Source of the DNA: an uncultured Candidatus Saccharibacteria bacterium
GTDB lineage: Bacteria; Patescibacteriota; Minisyncoccia; SW-4-49-11
Length of the DNA: 64,000 bases
Reading direction: 5' to 3'
Assembly: GCA_964585065.1 (NCBI GenBank)
Contig: CAZPCB010000003.1
Location: 526-64,525, forward strand
Part shown: positions 40,911-49,292 of the stretch, in pieces
Layout of the letters: each line of letters begins with the position of its first letter
Numbering within the stretch: the first letter of the stretch is position 1
The notes under the pieces: model-generated
What the model saw: the letters and a program-made list of their open reading frames with translations, nothing else
Told to the model about the DNA's origin: nothing
Databases searched by the model: none
Position numbers and translations under genes: made by a program

Positions 40911-43151
40911 TTATTTTGTCTGAAGTCCAATAAATTCATCTGTTCTTAGTATACCATTTGTGACACTATATCCGCTATCTGTTTTTTGTAAATCAAAAGA
41001 AGAATTATTCCAATCAGATTTCCATTTAGAGGGTAATTCCAAATTATATTGATATCTTACCCCGATACTTCCCGACTGTTTTTGTAATATAAGAGAATAT
41101 ATATCCCCCTTTTGAACTTTAAATGGTAATTCATATTCAACCGTAATTTGACTTATTTCTTTTGGTTTAGTGACAAGCCAACCCCCAATAACGGATTTAC
41201 CACTTTCTTCAAATGTATCAATACGCCAATCTTTATTATGTATTAAAGTACTATTCACAGCTACCAAATCAGCATCTTGATCAAAAGAGGCGATACCATC
41301 TGGTGATTTTTTTTCTCCTCTATCAGTAAATCCTTTACTTTGAAGTATACGAGCTCCTTTTGGGATATATATACGCATATAATCAATATTATCTTTATTC
41401 CACCATTCATATTCACTGTCTCCCCCCTTATGATTACGATTTACCGTTACTGTATTAATAATAGCCCCATTATCTTGTATTTTTGTATTAATTTTCATAG
41501 AGTCTTCTATCACCCCATCTGTCTTATATCCCCCAATATTGGTATGCACTACTGATAAATAATCTTTATTGGTTTCATATAATTTACCCCCCAAATTATT
41601 ATCTATTACAATATGCTGTAATTCAGGATCCAGAAAATATAATAAGATATGTTTTTCTTGAAAAGAATTATTTAAAGCTTCTATAATTTTTTGATATTGC
41701 TTACTATCAGCTGATAATAATTTATTAATAAGCATTGGTGCTAAATCTGCGATAAATTGCTTTGGTTTATTGATTTCCTTATCATAGACTACTCCCGTTT
41801 GATATTGGGTGATTTTAACAAAATTATCAGCGGATACTGTGACGCCATAATTATCGAGTTTAATGGGTCCTGTGATAGTTAATAATCTCTCTATTACGGT
41901 TGGAGTAAGAGATATCACCCCATCAGGAGTTATACCACCTGTTTTTTCATAAAAAGAAATGATTTTCTGAGTACTAGTTGGAAAATCAGCAAACCAATTT
42001 GAGTCTCTTAGATACCAGCGAGGAGTAAGCTCTTGTAATGGCCCTGGGGCTAAAATTTGCTTTAATAATTGACCGTCTGGATTATATATTTCTTGAATAT
42101 CAAGACTTTTTACTACCCCTCTATCTAAATTCATTAGGCCAAAACTTCCAATAAATCCTCCGGTCGCTCGAAGCTCCTGATTATTTTGAAAAATAAATAC
42201 ATAGCGCTTTAATCTATCACTACCCACAAAGTTTAAAAATATATTTACATATTGATCTGAATCTTGTAATACCTGTTTTAATTTGGGAATATCTGTATGT
42301 AATTGGCGTAACATATCTCCTCTATGACCAGGTATGAGATTAAGAGGCAGATTATTCAAATTTGTATCTAATTTATCAAGAGCCGGTACAAGTTTTTTAT
42401 TAATTTCTTGTATATTCTGTACCCCATCGACTAATGTCACTGATTTACTCGTATCAAATGGATTAATATCTTGATTAATAAATGGCTGTATAGCCTCAGA
42501 TAATTCTCCAGAAAGGGCAATAACCTCGGATGTACTTTCAGTTAATTCACTACTATTTTGAATAACTGATAATCCTGGTAATATAGATAATAGTCCTGAT
42601 AGATTCCCTTGTATTGCTGATATATCTTCAGCACTTTTATTCAGCCCATTTGAAATTTCTGTCAATGAATTAGCAAGCCCCTGAATACTATTAGTATCTG
42701 TTTTTGCTAATAATTTCTCACTTGCAGCTGCTTGTAAAGTAAGATTATCTTTTACTCGTATACCATTATTTATCATTCGGAGAGATGGTATACTTGTTAC
42801 CATAATTAAACATAAGGATAAAAATACACCAAGTGAAGCGCGAGATGCATATATTGTTTTATTACTTATTCTATATTGTAATATAGGTTTTGATTTTGAT
42901 ATTTTTTTCTTACCTGTATATTGTTTGGCAGATTGAGGAATAAAAGTAATATGAAGCTCTGATTTATCGGGAATAGTATAGAGTATCTGTTCTTGTATAA
43001 TGATTTCCTCTCCTTCTAGAGGTAATTCAAAGTTATCCAGAGAGCTGAATTCTACATGTGTATTTGTTTCTGTATATTGTATTATATTCTCGCCTATCGA
43101 TTTCGTTTGAGGATGTCTCAAATCGATAATCGATGAGGATTTTTTACCCAT
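40911..43151 (-). CDS. DUF4012 domain membrane-anchored protein
   Basis: One TM helix, helical stalk, FQNNQELRATGGFIGS and RDSNWFADFP motifs. Confidence 0.85.
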   Translation of the reverse strand: MGKKSSSIIDLRHPQTKSIGENIIQYTETNTHVEFSSLDNFELPLEGEEIIIQEQILYTIPDKSELHITFIPQSAKQYTGKKKISKSKPILQYRISNKTIYASRASLGVFLSLCLIMVTSIPSLRMINNGIRVKDNLTLQAAASEKLLAKTDTNSIQGLANSLTEISNGLNKSAEDISAIQGNLSGLLSILPGLSVIQNSSELTESTSEVIALSGELSEAIQPFINQDINPFDTSKSVTLVDGVQNIQEINKKLVPALDKLDTNLNNLPLNLIPGHRGDMLRQLHTDIPKLKQVLQDSDQYVNIFLNFVGSDRLKRYVFIFQNNQELRATGGFIGSFGLMNLDRGVVKSLDIQEIYNPDGQLLKQILAPGPLQELTPRWYLRDSNWFADFPTSTQKIISFYEKTGGITPDGVISLTPTVIERLLTITGPIKLDNYGVTVSADNFVKITQYQTGVVYDKEINKPKQFIADLAPMLINKLLSADSKQYQKIIEALNNSFQEKHILLYFLDPELQHIVIDNNLGGKLYETNKDYLSVVHTNIGGYKTDGVIEDSMKINTKIQDNGAIINTVTVNRNHKGGDSEYEWWNKDNIDYMRIYIPKGARILQSKGFTDRGEKKSPDGIASFDQDADLVAVNSTLIHNKDWRIDTFEESGKSVIGGWLVTKPKEISQITVEYELPFKVQKGDIYSLILQKQSGSIGVRYQYNLELPSKWKSDWNNSSFDLQKTDSGYSVTNGILRTDEFIGLQTK

Positions 43152-43161
43152 AATTCTGTAT

Positions 43162-44301
43162 TTATATCTTAATTGTATTATACAGGTTTTTTGTACTTTC
43201 TGCCATATCAGCCCAGGAATATCGAGCTAAAATTTCTTGATGATATTGCTTTTGTAATTCTCTTTTTTCTGGACTCATAATAAAATTATATAAAACTTGT
43301 TCCATATTCTCCTGAGATTTAGGGTCAAAATATTCTATATGCTTACCAAAAATTTCCGGTAAGCAGGTAGCATTTGAGATTACAATAGGAGCCCCAAGAG
43401 CAATAGCTTCAAGAGGAGGGAGTCCAAACCCTTCATATAGAGACGGAAATACATAGAATAAACATTTCTCATATAATGAAATCAATTGCTCATCCACTAC
43501 ATATCCTGGGAATATGACTGAATGAGATAATCCCAATGTATTAACTTTTGTGATAATTTGTTCAAAAAAATGATCTTTTTTTCCTACTAATACCAATTGT
43601 AGTTGAGAATCTATATCAGATTTTTGTTTTAGATGATAAAACACATCTATTAACCGTTCAATATTTTTATGGGGATATACATTTCCTACATATAATAGAT
43701 ATTTCCCCGCAATAATCCCATATGTATCAAATGAAAATGATTGTGCATTGAGAGGATTAAAACGTTCTAAGTCCACTCCCTCATATATCATTGCCATTTC
43801 ATTGGATGGAATATGAAAATGCTTCACAATAGATTGCCTGGTATATTCTGAAATAATAATAACTTTTTTGGCAGTATATATTGCATTCATAATAACCAAC
43901 CTATATGCTAGATTTTTAATCGTATACATAATTCGATTTAATCTTGAGGCCTTACGAGTGGGATATTCTAATAAAATTAAATCATGTATAGTAACTATAT
44001 AAGGTTTTCTATATAGAATAGGAATATTAAAATGTAAAAAATGCATTAAATCTAATTGATATTTGCGTAATAATTGGGGAAATAATACTTGTTCTTGCCA
44101 AGAATACCATGGTATATCAGCCAATACTTTATGAAAATTAGGGTTTTGAGGTTGATATTCTTCAATATTATGAGAACTTAAAAAAATATAATATTGATTA
44201 TGATGATCAATTTTTTCTAATTCCTCAATTAATTTTTGAGTATATCGACCCAAACCCTTGCCACTATTCCCAAAAAATCGTGCATCTATCCCTATTTTCA
44301 T
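43162..44301 (-). CDS. GT4 glycosyltransferase
   Basis: MKIGIDAR; VTIHDL; FPSLYEGFGLPPLEA. Confidence 0.93.
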   Translation of the reverse strand: MKIGIDARFFGNSGKGLGRYTQKLIEELEKIDHHNQYYIFLSSHNIEEYQPQNPNFHKVLADIPWYSWQEQVLFPQLLRKYQLDLMHFLHFNIPILYRKPYIVTIHDLILLEYPTRKASRLNRIMYTIKNLAYRLVIMNAIYTAKKVIIISEYTRQSIVKHFHIPSNEMAMIYEGVDLERFNPLNAQSFSFDTYGIIAGKYLLYVGNVYPHKNIERLIDVFYHLKQKSDIDSQLQLVLVGKKDHFFEQIITKVNTLGLSHSVIFPGYVVDEQLISLYEKCLFYVFPSLYEGFGLPPLEAIALGAPIVISNATCLPEIFGKHIEYFDPKSQENMEQVLYNFIMSPEKRELQKQYHQEILARYSWADMAESTKNLYNTIKI

Positions 44302-44305
44302 CTCA

Positions 44306-47300
44306 TTATATATTATTATCCATTAAATCTTGAATAAATTTATCTGTTCCCCCTTGTTTATACACCTTAATATCTGGGAAATCTAAACTTATTATTTTAT
44401 GATAAATAATTTGTGTAAGTTTACTTATATAGTTTATATCAGATTCTTCAATTGTGATAGATAATGATATATATTCCCCTTCTATACTTGGCTCTAGAAA
44501 ATCAATTCGTCCTTGCAAAGACTTATCTTGATATTTACCTGCAACTTTCAAAAGAAAAGCATAAAACCATAATTGTCTTTTATATTTATCTAATATATCT
44601 TTTTTAACCTTATTATCCCAAGACAATATGGGAGTTCCTGTTTTAAAATCAACAATCACATAAAAATCTTCAAATTCCTCAATTCTATCTATGGAACCTG
44701 TCAACGGTATTCCCTCCCATTCTAAATATAATTCTCTCACATTATATTCTGACTCATGAGATATAAAAAAGTTTTCTTTTTTAGCCTGTATTAATACTGG
44801 TAATTGATCTTGTATTTTCTGGGATACTTTTGCTGTATTATCTATACTTAATCTTTCCTGAGATAAATAGTTATTCGCAATTTGAGTTAATTCGGTTATA
44901 TTAGGAAAATCCTGATTTGATTGAATTTGTAGGGAAATATAATGAAAAATACGATGCAAAATATTTCCATATGCTGTTGCAATTGTCCCTATGGATGGGA
45001 AATGTAATAAGGCTGATTCCAATACTGCTAAAGGGCCTTTATATACCGTATCTACAAAATTATTCAAATGAGAAGCACTAAAACGATATTGCTGTATAAT
45101 ACCTTCCAGAAAAGATACTTCTTGAGAATGAAATATATTGGGCTGTATTGCCCTCCATGTGGAATTTGCAATATCAAGAGCTTGTACTTGCGGAGTAATT
45201 CCTTTTTCTAAAAATGATAAATAGGGAAGAGATATATGTTCTTTTCCGCCTTCATTATATCGGTGACTCGTAATAAACAAATTATTCTTGGATCGTGTTA
45301 AGGCCACAAATAAAATTCTCAGAAAATCATCTTCTGAATCTTGTTTTGGTACAATCGGTAAATTGAGAGGAAAAGGATAAGGAGAGGATTTCCCTTTTGA
45401 GGCCCAGCCCTTACTGTGAGCACCTATTATAAATACCGTTTCAAATTCTAATCCTTTGACTTTATGAGCTGTCATTAATTTAATGGATTGCTTTCCCGTA
45501 TTAATAATACTTTTTGCCTGCATTCCTCCTTGATTTTGAAAGGCATGAATTGTATCGAGACCATCTTTTAAAGTTAGTCTTTTACCCTGTTTATACGAAA
45601 TAATATGCTCAATAAATGACTTTATCTTAGCTAAATTTTCAATATATTCATTTTCTCTTGTCTCAAATACAGCTTTACCTAAATAATATTGATAGAATTT
45701 AGTATTATCATGAGTAGTATCTTCAATTGAACCAATCAAATATAAAATAATATACTCTATTGTCTCATATTCTGCTATGATGGCTAAATGTAAACATAAT
45801 TCCCCTATTGCCCGTAAATCTTTATTGGGAGAGCTATATAATCTTTCTGTATAAGATTTGGAATAATCTCTTTCTTGAAAAAATTTCCATATCTCTAAGG
45901 TATCAATTCCCCAAAAGGAATAACTTAGAATTTCTGGTAATAAATCATTACGGGGAGATTGGCTTGGAGTAAGAGAATAAATAAAATGTAACAATATAAT
46001 AAGCTGATGAATGATAGTTTCATTCAAAAGATTATATTGTCTTTCATATTCCAGAGGAATATCTAACTCAGCTAAAAATGGTACCATTGCCTCTAGAGAT
46101 TTATGCTGGCGAGCAATAATAACAATTTCCGACAAATCCACCTGAGAACGGCGCAATTCTTCTATTTTATTTGCAATATAGGTATATTCCTCAGCTTGCA
46201 AATTAAATTCATAATATGCTAAATCTCCATCTTGTCTTAATTTAGCTGCTTCGAGTTTTTTTTCTAATACTTCTATACGATTTTCTAATCTATCTTTACC
46301 CTGTGTAATAACTTGTCTTGCAATATCTAAGATTTCCTGACGAGATCGATAATTTTGTGTTAATACAATTAATTGAGTAGTTGGGAATCTACTTTGAAAC
46401 GATAACATATGGGATATATCAGCTCCCTGAAAGCCATAAATACCCTGATCATCATCCCCCACCACTAATATATTAGGTTCTGGATTATCTCTTGTCAAAG
46501 ATAAAATCAATTGCATTTGCACTTCATTGGTATCTTGAAATTCATCAATTAACATAAATTGATATTGTTCTTGTAATTTTGATCTTAATGCCTCATTTTC
46601 TTTGAGTAGAGTTAATGCATTCAAGAGCATATCAGAAAAATCTAATAATTGATTTTGTTGCAAATATTCCTGATATTGTTGATATATTTGACCAAGAGCT
46701 ATTTGCTTTTCATACCTCTCATAATCTACAAGTGTTTTTTTCCCATCCTTTCCCTTAATCAAATGCTTAGCTTTCCATTGAGATAAGGGAGTATAGGTTT
46801 CTTTTTCGAGATCCTCTGTTTCTTCTATAGCTGCTATGAATGATTTTTTTAAGCTTTGTGAATATGCCTGAAAATATCCATTACTCTTGAGCTCAGGAAT
46901 AGATTCTGCTAATATTCTGAATTGTTGCAATTTATCTTGTCTATCTTTTTTTCCACCCAGGGAAATAGCATCAATTTCCTGTATAATTGGTATTAATACT
47001 TTATATTGAGCTTTATTTTCTTGTAATATTGTGTGATATTCTAAGGGAGTAAGACCCGCTTGCTTAATATAACCAATAGCTGAGGCAATATTTTTAATCA
47101 AACTACTCCTATCTTCTCCTCGTGGAATAAGAATATGATTATAGGGTAATATCTGTATAATAGAATTAATAATTTCTGATTGATATACTGATTCTATTGC
47201 TGTTTTTTCAATACCAGCAGTATATTCTGGATAATCCTTCAATAAAGATTGACCAAAGCCATGAAAGGTATGAATATGTACATTATATGCTTTATTCCCA

Positions 47301-47536
47301 ATAAATGAAGCTAATCTTTGTCGCATATTATGGGCAGCAGCATCAGTAAAAGTAAGGCACAGGATATTCTCGGCAGGTATATTCTGTGATTGTAAAATAT
47401 GAGCTACTCTTAGAGATAATAATTGTGTTTTCCCTGAACCTGGACCCGCCACAACCATAATAGGTCCAAACAAACTATTTACTGCCTCTCTTTGCTCTGA
47501 ATTTAATTGTTGTAATGCTTCTTCGTATATTGACAT
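44306..47536 (-). CDS. UvrD/PcrA-like SF1 helicase fused to a C-terminal RecB-type PD-(D/E)XK nuclease
   Basis: AGPGSGKT, DEFQD, GDDDQ, NYRS, HKVKGLEF, VALTR; nuclease GSIDRI..VDFKTG..QLWFY. Confidence 0.92.
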   Translation of the reverse strand: MSIYEEALQQLNSEQREAVNSLFGPIMVVAGPGSGKTQLLSLRVAHILQSQNIPAENILCLTFTDAAAHNMRQRLASFIGNKAYNVHIHTFHGFGQSLLKDYPEYTAGIEKTAIESVYQSEIINSIIQILPYNHILIPRGEDRSSLIKNIASAIGYIKQAGLTPLEYHTILQENKAQYKVLIPIIQEIDAISLGGKKDRQDKLQQFRILAESIPELKSNGYFQAYSQSLKKSFIAAIEETEDLEKETYTPLSQWKAKHLIKGKDGKKTLVDYERYEKQIALGQIYQQYQEYLQQNQLLDFSDMLLNALTLLKENEALRSKLQEQYQFMLIDEFQDTNEVQMQLILSLTRDNPEPNILVVGDDDQGIYGFQGADISHMLSFQSRFPTTQLIVLTQNYRSRQEILDIARQVITQGKDRLENRIEVLEKKLEAAKLRQDGDLAYYEFNLQAEEYTYIANKIEELRRSQVDLSEIVIIARQHKSLEAMVPFLAELDIPLEYERQYNLLNETIIHQLIILLHFIYSLTPSQSPRNDLLPEILSYSFWGIDTLEIWKFFQERDYSKSYTERLYSSPNKDLRAIGELCLHLAIIAEYETIEYIILYLIGSIEDTTHDNTKFYQYYLGKAVFETRENEYIENLAKIKSFIEHIISYKQGKRLTLKDGLDTIHAFQNQGGMQAKSIINTGKQSIKLMTAHKVKGLEFETVFIIGAHSKGWASKGKSSPYPFPLNLPIVPKQDSEDDFLRILFVALTRSKNNLFITSHRYNEGGKEHISLPYLSFLEKGITPQVQALDIANSTWRAIQPNIFHSQEVSFLEGIIQQYRFSASHLNNFVDTVYKGPLAVLESALLHFPSIGTIATAYGNILHRIFHYISLQIQSNQDFPNITELTQIANNYLSQERLSIDNTAKVSQKIQDQLPVLIQAKKENFFISHESEYNVRELYLEWEGIPLTGSIDRIEEFEDFYVIVDFKTGTPILSWDNKVKKDILDKYKRQLWFYAFLLKVAGKYQDKSLQGRIDFLEPSIEGEYISLSITIEESDINYISKLTQIIYHKIISLDFPDIKVYKQGGTDKFIQDLMDNNI

Positions 47537-47571
47537 ATATTTTATTATATCATAAAAGTGTATAGTTAAAT

Positions 47572-47599
47572 GAAAACCCCCACATCGCTATGCAGGGGT
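47572..47599 (-). terminator. Terminator after 47621..48073
   Basis: ACCCCUGCAU-AGCG-AUGUGGGGGU-UUU; the G-U pairs form only on the minus strand. Confidence 0.65.
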
Positions 47600-47620
47600 G
47601 AAGTAAAAAAGTAATAGATC

Positions 47621-48073
47621 TCAGATAAGATGTCGATATTGCTGTAATTGCCTTTCCAAAACTTGAATTATCGTATTAGCATTATTTCTGCTAAACGGAA
47701 TTATATCCGTATCTTGCTTCCACAAACGTGATGCATTAATAGTGATATTGTATGTATTGATATGAATCAAGAGAATTTCATCACTTTGATGTCCTTTCCT
47801 GACTCGAACTCGAATTGATCCTTGATCAGAGTAAGCAATATGAATTTTCTCTACTTCAATGGGTCCAATATTGCTAAAGCTTTCTTGCCCATTAGATAAT
47901 TGTTTCAAAACTGTATTAGCATGTGCTGCTTTCTGAAGGCGATCAATCCATTCATTGCCTATCCATTTATTGGCATGGTAAATAGGGTTAGAAATATCTG
48001 TGTCAAGCTGATCTGCATGAGAAGGTAAATCAGCAGCAATTTGCTCCATCACTTGAGCTGGGACATCAGTCAT
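47621..48073 (-). CDS. Hypothetical protein (150 aa, no recognised family)
   Basis: ATG-started ORF filling the nrdB-helicase gap, with its own terminator. Confidence 0.55.
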   Translation of the reverse strand: MTDVPAQVMEQIAADLPSHADQLDTDISNPIYHANKWIGNEWIDRLQKAAHANTVLKQLSNGQESFSNIGPIEVEKIHIAYSDQGSIRVRVRKGHQSDEILLIHINTYNITINASRLWKQDTDIIPFSRNNANTIIQVLERQLQQYRHLI

Positions 48074-48234
48074 GATTATTTCTGCCAGGTGTAGACAATA
48101 TGCCTGGCAGAATAACCCCTACTCCAATAAAGTAAGAAGCATTATGCCAAGCATATTAAACAAAAATAACAGCTATAGTATACTATAATCCAAATATTAA
48201 TTCAACACTATAGATATATAACGATTCTCTTTTT

Positions 48235-49269
48235 TTACCAATCTAGAGTTCCTCCTGTTTGATATTCAATAACTCGAGTCTCAAAGAAATTCTTCTCCTT
48301 AGCTAAATCCACTGATTCAGACATCCATGGGAATGGATTTTCTGTTCCATAAACAATAGGGAGCCCCACTCTTTGCAATCTTCTATCTGCAATATATTCA
48401 ATATAGCGTCTAAATCCATCGGTACTAATTCCCATTATCCCTCTTGGGAAACATGTTGTTGCAAATTCATATTCTAATCCCACAGCTTCTTTAATCAAAT
48501 CAGTAATATGAGCTTGAAATTCTTGAGTCCATAATTCGGGCTGTTCTTGCTTTATAGTATTAATCATATCGGCTCCAAAATTGAGATGATTTGATTCATC
48601 TCGCATAATATATTGAATTTGCTCAGCACTACCTGGCATTTTATTTTGTCGTTGAAAACCAAATATTACTGCAAAAGAGCTATAAAAGAAAATTCCTTCT
48701 ACAATAAGAGAAAATACACAAAGATTCTCTAAGAATTTCTGATCTGATTCAAAAGTACCGGTTTTAAAATGAGGATCAAAAATTCCATCATTGAATGATA
48801 AGAAGAATGAAGCTTTATTATAAATGCTTGCAACTTCACGATACATATTGAATATTTCACTTCCATCAAGACCCAAACTTTCCACCATATATTGATAGGC
48901 ATGTGTATGTATAGCCTCTTCATACGATTGACGCAAAAGATACATACGAATTTCTGGAGATGTAATATGCTTATAGGTAGCAAGTACGAGATTGTTCGCA
49001 GCAAGTGAATCAGCTGTAGTAAAGAATCCTAATACAGTTTTGAAGGCAAGTCTCTCATCTTCAGTTAAAATAGTATTTGATTTCCATTGCTCTACATCAA
49101 TTTGCATACCAATTTCGGTTGGTAACCAATGATTAGCATTCCCGGTAAGATAAGCATCCCAAGCAAAAATATGTTTCATGGGATGTAATTGCACCACATC
49201 CCCATCTTTTCCATTAATAACTCGTCTGTCATTAATATTAATTCTTTTATTTGTTTGGGTAATAGACAT
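48235..49269 (-). CDS. nrdB: Ribonucleotide reductase class Ia beta subunit
   Basis: TADSL (Asp ligand); EEAIHTHAY (radical Tyr present); VEGIFFY; RDESNH; NFFETRV.EY. Confidence 0.96.
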   Translation of the reverse strand: MSITQTNKRININDRRVINGKDGDVVQLHPMKHIFAWDAYLTGNANHWLPTEIGMQIDVEQWKSNTILTEDERLAFKTVLGFFTTADSLAANNLVLATYKHITSPEIRMYLLRQSYEEAIHTHAYQYMVESLGLDGSEIFNMYREVASIYNKASFFLSFNDGIFDPHFKTGTFESDQKFLENLCVFSLIVEGIFFYSSFAVIFGFQRQNKMPGSAEQIQYIMRDESNHLNFGADMINTIKQEQPELWTQEFQAHITDLIKEAVGLEYEFATTCFPRGIMGISTDGFRRYIEYIADRRLQRVGLPIVYGTENPFPWMSESVDLAKEKNFFETRVIEYQTGGTLDW

Positions 49270-49292
49270 ATTGGTAGTATTTATTAAATGTA

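Noticed and set aside
48203-48220. NrdR-box-like ACACTATAGATATATA downstream of nrdB
   Set aside because: Poor right half-site, wrong position for nrdAB control, and an AT-rich background.
48235-49269. Class Ic (Mn/Fe) or metal-free class Ie NrdB
   Set aside because: The Asp first ligand, radical Tyr and all Glu/His ligands are present.
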